Below, piece after piece: positions 36,688 to 48,000 of a stretch of DNA of 64,000 bases. Every line of letters starts with the position of its first letter. Position 1 is the stretch's first letter. The notes under the pieces were generated by a model that had not been told where the DNA came from, ran no database searches, and was given only the letters and a program-made list of their open reading frames with translations. A program made the position numbers and the translations under genes. Source of the DNA: Sphagnum compactum (taxonomy: Eukaryota); contig OZ234493.1 in NCBI GenBank assembly GCA_965153455.1, forward strand, positions 23,736,213 to 23,800,212, written 5' to 3'.

Positions 36688-38776
36688 TCATTTCAACTTC
36701 CGGAACAGTTTGTGTGCAGTCTGCAAGCAACAACAAATTCCAAAGTTAGGTTCTTATTGCAACCCATAAAGTGCCAAGAGCATGCACTAAGTCCACAAGC
36801 ATTAGAAACATGAATTGCTGTTTTGATGGCTCAAATCAATCTACTTGGTACCCAAATCTTTACTCTACTTTTAACTTATGCAGACCCAATAGCATACAAT
36901 CTTACTATTTGGTTGTGTATATTTTGCAGGCATGGCGCATCCAAACATGGGAAACTATGTACTTCCAAGATCTTGGGGGCAGAATGGAAAACTATGTTAT
37001 CATGAGAACATGTCCACCTTCAGAAAGGGGGCAGTAGTCTTGAGGGTGAAGAGATTTTCGGACACCTGATCAGCAGATATTGTAACAACTTTCTTTTGGA
37101 TCCCTCCTCCAAACCCACACATAGAGAATAGAAGTATTAGACAAGAAAAAGGAACTTACACACTTATCAACACAACCCCAGTAGTCAAAGTATTGTCCAG
37201 TGCAGTGCTTTTGATCTCCTCCCTCTTCCTCCTCCACACGCTTCTCACAAGCCTGGTACACCAATATCCAAAACCCATAAGGATGTCAGGTCACACATAA
37301 CACACATCAACACACTTGTCAATAGCACTATTCGGAGGGAAGACCCCACACATAAAACCAACGAGTGGCCCCACACTACAAGTACACCAAAAGAACTTTC
37401 AGCTTCTATGCCACACCTGATATGCAAGCAAGTACTTCACACATCTCGGCTTGCATGATTCCTCCACCTCAGGTTTTGGGTCAACTGGCTCTTCCTCTTC
37501 TTCCTCTTCTGCTGCCTCTTCTTCAGGAGCTTCCTCAGCAGCAGGTTCTTCAGCCCCTGCATCTCCATCTCCACTCTCTTCAGCAGCATTCTCCTCTGGA
37601 GTATCCTGAGCTTGTTCTTCAGCCTCGTCAGCCCTGAAATCCGTATGCACACAAAAAGCACTCAGCAGCATATAGCTCAATGGGCCAACATTCTCATGAA
37701 AATGGGATGCACTGCATCAGCAAAACACATTCCTACTCAAAACTTTTGGAGTGAGCTTTCACTTTCACACCAACAACCTTGAATTGTTATGTCAATAACT
37801 GCAGCTATTTCAGAAACCTGAAAAGCCACAGCCCATGATACATTTGCTCAAAGGAGAAACAGCTTGCTCTTATCTTCCACTTTCTGCAAGCTCAAACCAC
37901 TATTATGCACTGCAACTGGTTGGCCACATTCATGAAACCAGAGACCAGAAATGAAAGTGTAGTCTTTTCATCACAAGAAAGTTTTCTTTGTCCATACAAG
38001 AGATTTTCTTCTGAAAAAGCAAAAGAGAACAAACACAGCCCCTTAGACCCCCAGATCTAAACCCACACAACACCTGGATCTGATCTGATCCAGCTACTCG
38101 GCTCAGCAACCTTCCTACCTGAGGGATTCCAATCCAGCAAGGCAATATCAGATGTCCTTTGGTAGGTAGTCAAGGAACTATCTTCCTTCCGATTGAAGGA
38201 TCACAACAAAAAGGAAGCTAGAATGGCCCAAGAGAGATGATAAGAGAGAAAGTGACAAAGGCAGAAGACGAACCCTAAACTATCATGGCTCTTGATCTTA
38301 ACTTGCTGAAGGTTAAGTTTCCTCTTCCCGCTTGTCTAAGTTCCTATCCTCAGCTTCTATCCTCAACTGTAGCTGCTGAGCAAAGAAACATACACAAAGC
38401 AATCCAGGAGGAAAGGGGAGGAAAAAGAAACAACACTGACGAATCGCGTCAAGCACCAGAGGCAACTTCATTATGGATCCCACTCAGAAAACAGATCCGT
38501 TCCGCATTCGAATTCTACGCCAGTACGGGAACAAAAAGCCAATCCACAGCGACATACACAGACACAAACAAAAGAACAAGTTCATTCCTTCTGCTGCTTT
38601 TACCCCTGTCCACGATTCCATCCTTCTCTCTCTCTCTCTCTCTCTCAAGGCAGCAAGAAAAGAAGACTCGCCTTCTTCATCACCGCCTTAAAGACGAAAA
38701 ACAGACCCATTAATCAGGGGGAAAAACCAGAAAAGAAAAGCAAGAAAGCAATGGCGGATGAATCCGTTTCTTACAT
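36688..38776 (-). CDS. QCR6: Cytochrome b-c1 complex subunit 6 (hinge protein), 114 aa
   Basis: Exons 38776-38775 (AT), 37633-37417, 37252-37160, 36720-36688. Core VDPKPEVEESCKPRCVKYLLAYQACEKRV...KHCTGQYFDYWGCVDKCTAHKLFRKLK*. Placement of the 2-nt first exon is inferred from phase. Confidence 0.92.
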
Positions 38777-41081
38777 GTTCAATGCCGAGAAGCTTTGCCG
38801 GGAAGACGCCGGGCGATTGGGTTTTAGGGTAGAAGCTTTCGCACCGCTCAGCTGAAACAACAGCAGAGGCACAGACACCAAAACACAGAGAGAGAGAGAG
38901 AGAGAGAGAGATACAAATGCCTGTGATGCTCAAATGCCCAAAACAAAGTAAGTGCGAAATAAGTGGAAAAAAATCCCTTTTTTATGACATAATACCAAAC
39001 AGGGGTCGTCCTACGAGTTTTTTTTTTTTTTTTTTTTTTTGTTTTTTCCGCCATTTTGTGATACCGAAAACTTGGCGAATTTTTCCCAAAAAAATAGAAC
39101 TAATAGAAATAACAATTTGTTTTTAAAAAAAATTTAAGTCAGAAAAAAATGAATAAAAACGCTGAATTGTGTGGCTTGTATTATTTTTTTGGGGGCGGAG
39201 TAGGGAGGGAGGGGGGGGAGGGGGAGATTTTCGCATTTTTTGACCTGAAAAATAAGATTTTGACACATTCAAAGGATTTTTGTAAAAACATGGCCCTACT
39301 TCACCATGTTTCCAGAATTTTTTAAATTTCAAATAGCCAGATTTCTACGACGGGTTCTAGGCTCTAGCCAGTGATTTTTTCGAGACAAAATTCGTCCTTT
39401 TTTTGGAATTTTTTGGGTAAATGTGTTTTCAAGTGGAAATTTGACTATTCTTTGGCAAAAGAGCCAAATTTTTTTTTAAAAATCTCAGAATTGAAGAAAA
39501 CAATTCTGATTTCTAGCATGTAGTAAAAAATATTAAATGATTTTTCAACAAAAAATTGCTTTCATATCTGGTGTACAGCTAAATTTGGCTAAACATTTTT
39601 TTGATAATTGGCACTTTCGCACCACCACAAAATTGACCCAAAAAAAAAAACACTGGCCTTGTGCTTTAATTTTTGACAAAAAGACTTGTGGAGAATGTGC
39701 AAAATAGGTGAAAGTTCGCCACCCCAAAAAGAAAATGAATAATGATTTTTGGGAATTCTCTTCTGAGAAAAGTTGCAAGCAGGATTTTTTTTTTATAGGG
39801 TTTTACCCTCTGTGAAATGTGCGTTTTCCAGCAAGAATTAGCCACTTTCGAAAAAAGAGGAAAAAACAGAAAAAAAACAAATTGGGCTTCAATCGCATAT
39901 TGGAACCATTATTGGAGTCTAGAAATTGCCTATGTGTGCAAGGGAAATTGTAATTAATATTATTATTGAGAGAAACAAGCCTCCAAAACAACTCATGATT
40001 CTCACTTTAGTAGTGGGGCTATGTGCACTTGCATGGAACCAGTGATTTTTTTTGCCACAATAGTTTTAAAAAGGAATAAATTCTCTGTTTCTTTTTTTAA
40101 GAAAATTAAATCACCAAAAACCATCACACCTGCAAACAACATGAAAAAAATGCTTCAGATTTCTCTACTTTTCATAAATTGAAGATCAAAAAAATTGGCT
40201 TTAATATTCTTATGAATAATCACCATTTCAGCAACATTACAAAATTGGGAAAAAAGAAAGCAACTATTGCTTGTGATTGTACATTCTACAACCCTATTTC
40301 TCAAGTGTATATTTTGCAAATGTTCTAAAGACCATTTTGATTGATTGCTCAATTGATTTGTCTTTGATCCATTGCAAATGTTCTAAAAACACACCAATTT
40401 CTCCCATTTGAAATTTCCTGCCCACTCCACTACTGATAATTTAATTCATAGGGATGTGAGGCTCGTGCAACACAAGGATGAGACGAGAAGAGACAAGGAT
40501 GATGATGAAGAAGCAATGTTTTAGAAAAGCTCCTCAGTGCAAAGCTGAGGTGAAAGCAACTTGCGACAAGCTTGCACAACAAGAAGATGACCATAACTGC
40601 TCATGCAAAGACATCAGGACCCAAAAGGATCTTCATTGGCAGATCATACACTCTCCTTGTGGCCTCCCAAGCAAATTCACAATGTTGGAACAACCCACCT
40701 TCAACAGAACTCGCAAAGAGTCTAAAGCACAAAAAAAAATCTTGTTTTTTTTTTTTGGAGCCCAAACATTATACTTTATCTGGCAATCTGCCTCTTTGTA
40801 ATATTTATGAAACTCCACAGATTGGTCATACTAATGGGAAGTCACTATGAAAGATTGGCATGATACCAACACAACTTAAAACAACTTATGAAACAAATAG
40901 AGAAACATAACATTGAGCTCGAGAAATATGGCTTTTGCCCAGAGCAGTTTCAGTCCCAGGTACATTTGAACCAGAGCATCATCAGTTAACAAAACACACT
41001 ATGTACACATATTAAACTCCAAGTTGGAAAATAGATAGACTGTCAAACCAGCACCAGTCTATGTTCCGACAGATGATTGAT

Positions 41082-41168
41082 GCACAAAACACTTCTACAT
41101 TTCAGTTAGCAATAAGCGTTAGCACAAAACACTTCGACATTTCATTTAGCAATAAGCGTTAGCACAAA
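41082..41168. repeat. 40-bp tandem duplication
   Basis: GCACAAAACACTTC(T/G)ACATTTCA(G/T)TTAGCAATAAGCGTTA x2. Confidence 0.85.
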
Positions 41169-41753
41169 TCCATCTAATGCACCACTAAGTCTATACTCTG
41201 CTTAACAAATCCACAGCAACTAGGGCATTACTACATGGCATTGCATGAGTTTGTATGCCCCTTCTTGCTCATATTGTAAGCATAATTCCATAAACCTCAT
41301 TGTCCTTGAAAATAACCTGGTTGGCTTTAACTTCTTTACTGAAAGAGCTACCTGTCACAAACAATCATTTGCTCTACAAGTGTCCCCCCCTTGGATCATT
41401 GGGTCACTGGAGCAAAATTTCCAGCAGTCATAATTCAGAATACATACAATCATATGGTGCTTATCAAACATAAATAGACTCTGCTAATTGTATCAAAATC
41501 TGCAGCATCTTCTTCTAGTTCCTTCGGTTTACAAGATCACAGAGGGCTAGCATACCTGTCAAATCTACAGATTCAATGAATGCCATTTGGCAATACATCT
41601 AATCAGTGGAAGCTGAAGTGATTAGGATGAGCACCCCTTACAATGCAACTCACAACAGGTCACCTCACCCTTCACCAATGTGTTGTGGGTTCTTACCACT
41701 CAAACAAATACACTCCTCAATTTACAGGGAGATATCTTAGCAGCCGGCTAATT

Positions 41754-41779
41754 GAGCCAACCATATATATGGTTGGCTC
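41754..41779. repeat. Perfect 26-bp palindrome downstream of the large gene's stop codon
   Basis: GAGCCAACCATATATATGGTTGGCTC is its own reverse complement. Confidence 0.9.
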
Positions 41780-42022
41780 TAACACTGTACAAATTGTCAA
41801 ACTCAGTTCAAACTTCTTCATATACTGTGCTCCCTTGCTGTTAAACTTCCATGGAGACAAAAAGATAACAATTTGGACTGCCACGTTATACAGGTTTTGC
41901 ATCTAATGGCAATTGGGTCTGGGAGCGAAACTCCGAGGATGATTCTCTTCTGTGAAAGATAAAGAATATATGCATATATATATATGCCTATGTATGAGGG
42001 CCCACTCAAAAAGTGAATAGAT

Positions 42023-45000
42023 TCAGCCATAGTGATTCTTGTGACCTATTTGAACAGCAGAGTCACCAAGGCAGATATTCCAAGCTGATGGTTTTTTCTT
42101 CCTTACCTGTTTGATATCTTTGTCCCCAGACTTGGTGGTGCCCATAAGACGGGAGAAGAGCCGTTTCAACGGGGAACTTACTAGCCCTGTTGGGAGGGGT
42201 ACCTTGGAAGCATCTTCTGCAAGTAAGCTCCTCAATGGGGTGCGTGCCTTTCCTTTTCCAGTCTTCCCTTCATTAGTGCTGCCATTCTCAACCATGCTTG
42301 AGCAGGCCATAGCATCTGATAGGGTATTCTCCACAGGGCCTGAAGCAGGTAGAATCTGGTCATCAAGAGAGGTTGCTGCACCTGATTGAACTCCATTTGT
42401 AGCGAAATCCTCCAAGCAAGCTGGGGTCTCTCTGCCTCCACTTGAGAATACCTCTGTTTCCTCCACGAGCAAATGGTCTTGATGGGAACTTGAGAGTGGG
42501 TGCTGCTCAAGTACAGGAAGTAAGGAAGCGGCTGGTTCTTGACACTTTGCAGTTTCACGGGCTGACTGCCCAGTTGTCATCATTGACCAAGGTTTCTCTG
42601 GCAACGCCAAGTCTTTCCAAGCAATTGAACTCTGGTCTTGATCAGCTGTTTCAACCTGCATGACCTCTGTGCTAGAATCTCTGTGCATTTCAGTTACAGC
42701 TATAGCTTGCACTTCATCACTGATAATATTTGTGGATGAAGCCTGTGACACCTCAAAGCTGTACTCCTTTGGTTTCCTGGAATCTAACAAAGGAAGTGCA
42801 TTATTACTCATATCAGCTCTTTCAGATTCATTGGCATCATCATCATGGTTGTCCTGGTTGCATGGTTCTCTGCCATCTAAAACACTGAGTTCTGCAACTG
42901 GATCAGATTTTTGAGCCTGTACACCATCATGGCTGATGTTGTCCTGGCTTAGTTTGTTTGATTTGCTGAAATCAACACTCTCTGCAACAGTTTCTGCACA
43001 CCCAGATCAAACTTCAGAAGTCTATGGTTTTTACCAACAATAGTTCTAGAAAGACAACACAAAAAATACCCACCTTTATTGCCTTTGACATTTCACTGTC
43101 TGACCTACACACGAAGGTGTAAGAGATTATCTAAACATTTGCAGAAACAACTCTGAATCTTCAAATAGTGTACCACATCTCTCATACCTCCCAATCTGCA
43201 AGGACTTCCTGTTCCCATACCCTCAGAGAAATGAGACATCATAAATTCCATCACATTTCTCTTCCTTTCCCCTGATAACTTTGGAAACAAACAAAAAGAG
43301 GGCATTGCAGATAGTGTACCTTGGGCAGAACCTAGATTAACACTGCTGTTATTCCCATCCAAACTCGGATCTGTCTCAGCACTTTTTGTTTCATCCTCAT
43401 TACCTCCAATTGCATAAACAGGTGACACACCCACTAGAGTATGCCAAGAAACTGTATTTACCATTTCCCCTGCATTTTCATGTGACAATGTCTCCTCTGC
43501 CTGACTGGAAGAACTGTCTTCTTCAGATAGCACACATTTTGTCTGCAACTGGGAGTTTAGCTGTGTAGCTAAATCAGTGGCTACTTGGGTTCCTTGCTCA
43601 TCCATATCATGAGCTCCTTCAAACCCTCCTGATTTGGCTGGTTTCTCAATCAGTTCGGTGGAAATACAGCTTCCACCTTGAGATACTGAATCTTGGTCAT
43701 GCTCTGACTCCTCTACCTCATTTCCTGGGTTGATATCTCTCACTACACAATCATGTGCAACCAGCGTTGTGGGTGCCACAGAATTTTCCTGTGTAACTGG
43801 AGCATGATTTGTCTTGAACCAAGCAGACCCAGATTCCACTACAGAAGAAAAGGTTTGTTCAGCAGGAGACCTCAGCAGTCGGTCATTAACCTCAGTTTCA
43901 GATCTGTCATCCTCTAGTACCTCCAGATTAGCTGCTGGGATGAGCCCCTCAGGGATATCTGCTGTTCTCACTAACATATCACTTGTTTCAGCTGTAGGAA
44001 GTTCATCAAGACAATTCAAATACTCCTCATCGCCAAGTATGTCCACTGGGTAGGCCTCTATGTAAACCTCCCTTGCAAGAGGATTGACCTCCTCTTCAAC
44101 AGCTTCAACCTTTGTCTCTTCACTAGGAAACACAGTTTTATCCTGAAGTGTTGGAGCAGTTGTAGTCTCCAGAATAGGAAGTATATCAGTAGCAATTTTG
44201 TCAGCTTTTTCCTCTTCTTGCTTATGGAGAATGTTTTCTCTTGGGGTCCCTGGCCTTTGCACTACTTCAGTTCTTTCACAGCTGCCAAGCCCAAGGTAGC
44301 CAGGTTCTGCCTGATGTTCTCCCCTCATGACATTGTCAGAATATGAGGAAACTCCCATTGCAGAATGTTCAGTGCTGATCTCAGGGAGTATATGCATAAC
44401 AACTCTATCATCTTCTGACATATCCAAAATTTGTTCTGACACCTTGTTGTATGCAACTAGTTCCTCAGCTACATCAGATGTATCAAAGACAGGATCTCTG
44501 AGAGATAAAGGACCTGCAAAGAGACAATGCAATCGACTGTAAAATGTTAGGACTCTGAGACATATGGACATGCAAAGAGAAAATGGAATAGACTGCAAAA
44601 TATCAGTATTCTGAGAGATAACGGAACTGAAAATTGAAGAGACAATGGAATGGACTGCAAAGTGATAGGACCCATGACAAGCTTTTCACACATAAAATGT
44701 CCCAGATATTTAGACTTTCTCAGTACTGTACTTGCACACTATTGCGGGTCCAACTACAAATCAAAACAGTACTCAAGCTTAGAGTTCATTTTAATCTAGT
44801 GAGATCAAGATTCAAGGTTGTCTGCTGAAGTCCTCTTCAGAGACCCACAACAATTATACCTGCTCTGCCCTCATTCAAGTTTTGTGCGCATAGGACTTAT
44901 CTGAAGAACATCTATCAAGAAAACAGAGAACTAACGTGAAAACAAACATACCTTCAGAACTGGCAAGAGTATTCAGAAATAGACCTGACTTGGGGCTCTT

Positions 45001-48000
45001 CTCCTCCTCCAAGATGCCTGGATCTTCCTCTGTTAAACACTTCACTTCAAGACCCTCAACATTATCCAGTTTCTCTTTCAGTTGTTTGTTCATGTCTTCA
45101 ACTGCACTCCCAAGCACACCATCAGTGTTTCCAGTGCTTTTTCCTGCTTCCACCACAAAAATGGCATCAGATCCTGCCATTCTTGTTGCTCTTGTCTCTT
45201 GATGCTTCATTGGTGAGGGTGCAACACCATGGCCAACAACACCCTCAAGATTTTCAATCTTCTTATCAGTGTCTATTGAAGCTTCATATGCAGGAAGATC
45301 CTGTTCTGTGGTTGAACTCACCTGCCAAATACCAAACAAATCCAGCTCAAAATCCAATTCACTGAAGATTCTCTTACAAATTGAAACTGCCCAAGCAACA
45401 GTCCAGTGAAACAGTATCAAATATTCATCACATTCCACCGCTCTTGGACACCAATCTTTCACATGTCTATGCCAATGGACAGATGCAAGTATCAATATTC
45501 TCCTCAAGGATACTGCCTCTCATGCCTGTGCTCCTCACAAAACAGGATTTAGATATGTTTCAAGGGTGTTTAAGAACAGAAACAGTTTCTCACCTTCTCA
45601 CCAACACCTAGTCCTTGATGGATGGTGACCCCTTTAGTGTCATCCTGTGTATCAACATTCAAATGATGTGCATTCTCTGTCATGGGAGTCATGTCCCTTC
45701 CAATTCCTGGGGTATATGGCAGTTTCTCAACAGGCCCTCCATCAGCTGGCATCAGGTCCTTCTGTGCTGCTAACTCAGTCTCTTCCTGTATAGCCTTCAC
45801 AAGTATCAATGGTGCACCAAACCCCACCTGTAAAGAATTCGAACCTGTTTCCTCCAGCAAACATGTCCTGCTTCCTCCATCCGCACTGCCTGTAACTTTG
45901 TCTGCAAGGGAATCATTCTCAGCGGGGGCAGTCACCTCTTCTTCTGATACTTGGTGGATTTTTGGTGAAGTGATGTTTGTAGATTTTGGGCAATTCACTA
46001 GTTCCTGAGGCAGGTATGCTGTGCTCCCATCATCCCCTAAGTCTGGACGCCCCTCTGCACCTGCATCATTCTCAGGAGCATCAGTCACCCCTTGTTCTGA
46101 GAATCCGTGGATTTCTGGTGAAGAGTTGTTTCCAGATGTTGAACCATCCAGTGGTTCCTGAAGCAGACTTCTTGTGCTCCCTTCCTCCACAATGCCTGCA
46201 GCCACCTCTGCACATCCAGCATTCTCAGTACCATTGGTCACTTTGTCTTCTGCGACTGCTTGGAATTCTGGTGAAGTGCTGTTTTCAGAGTTTGGGCAAT
46301 AGGGTGTTTCCTGAAGAAGATATGCCTTGCTCCCTTCATCAAACTTATCTGTAGCATCCTCTACTAATGCACCCTTCTCTGAAATGTTGGTAATCCCTTC
46401 TACTACCCGGATGTCCTGTGAAGCGAGATATTCAGATTTAAGACTACTCAGTGGTTCCTGAAGTGAGCAACTTGGGCAACCAATATCTGTAGCTAGTTCA
46501 CCATTTTCAGGAGCATCAGTAACCCCTTCATCTGATACTTGGATTTTTGATGAACTGCTGTTCTCAGATTCTGGGAAATCCAATGATTCCTGAAGCACAC
46601 AAGCTGTGTTCCATTCCTCAACACTGTCTGTAGCATCATCTGCATATGCATAATTTTCAGGAACATTGGTCACACCTTCTTCTGATACTTCTTGGATATT
46701 TGGTGCAGTGTTGTCTTCAGGATTTTGGAAAACCAGTGGTTGCCGAAGACAAAATATTGTACTCCCTGCATCCACATTGTCTGTAGTGTCCGCTGCACAT
46801 GCACTATTCTTGCAGGTATCGGCCACCCCTTCTTGTGATACTCCATGAATTTCGGGTGAAGGATAATTTTGAGATTCTGGGCAATCCAGTGGTTCCCGAA
46901 GAAGACATGCTGTGCTCCCTTCATCTACAATGTCTGCAGCCTCCTCTGCACATGCAACACCCTCAGGAGAATTCATCACCCCTTGAGATGATTGCAATTG
47001 TTGTGAAGTGCAGTTCTCAGTGTTTTGGCAATCTGATGCTTCCTGATGCAAACATGCTGCACTGACATTATCCAGATTGTGTATAACTTCCTCTCCACCT
47101 GCACCATTCTCAGTCAACCCTTCCTTAGAAATATGATTGATTTTTAGTGAAGTGCTGCTATTTTCAAATTTTGCACAATCCAAGAGTTCATCAAGCAGAG
47201 ATGCTGTGTTCCCTTCATGAAAACTGTTTGTAGCTTCTTCCTCTGCATATGCAATACTCTTGGGAATGCTGGTCACCCCTTCTTCTGGTAGCTCTTGCAA
47301 CTTTGGTGAAATGCAGTTGGCAGACATTTGGCAATCCAGTGGTTCCAAACTTCCACTCAGATCCATCATACCATCAGCAGAGTCCTCACAAGTTTCAACT
47401 TTGGAGACTGCAGCCTCTACAAGATCCTTGTTGCCTTTACTGGAAATGAAAGTGGCAATCACGTTGTCTGATCTCATTTCAACTGAGTGATCTGCAGCAG
47501 GTGACTTCTGGAAAGAATTGAGTGCAACAGAACTCTCCTGATCCAATTGGACTGGGTTCACTTGGGGGATGTTTGGTAAGACAAGCACATTTGTGGCACT
47601 CTCTTCCCTCTCAGGATATTTTTCAAGTTCAAAGGCATCCTCCCCATCACCAGCGTCTGGTGTAGAGGAGGGTAGCTCCTTGTGGTTCATAGCTGCTCCT
47701 TCATCATCGAGGGAACTTGATATCTCCTCGTTGAAAGAGGACGTGGCTGGCTCTAACTCTTGTGATGACTCCGGTCCTGAAGAATGATGATGGAAGCCTG
47801 AGTCTGGCTCCAGGAAGATATCACTGGATTCCTGCTTAGAAACAGATCCCTCAAGCCCCAAGTTTGAGGTAACCAGCTTTCCAAGGGTGAAAGAAGCTGG
47901 CCTGATGTTCCCTGATGTAGCTTCGGGCTCTTGCTTAGGGCATGGCATGGGAGATACATGGTAAATTGCATGAGATGTGTCCAAATGAGGTGATATAGCA

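Noticed and set aside
38281-38290. ATG ATA|GT on the minus strand as the QCR6 first exon
   Set aside because: It gives phase 0, but exon 2 needs phase 2; AT|GTAAGA at 38776 fits.
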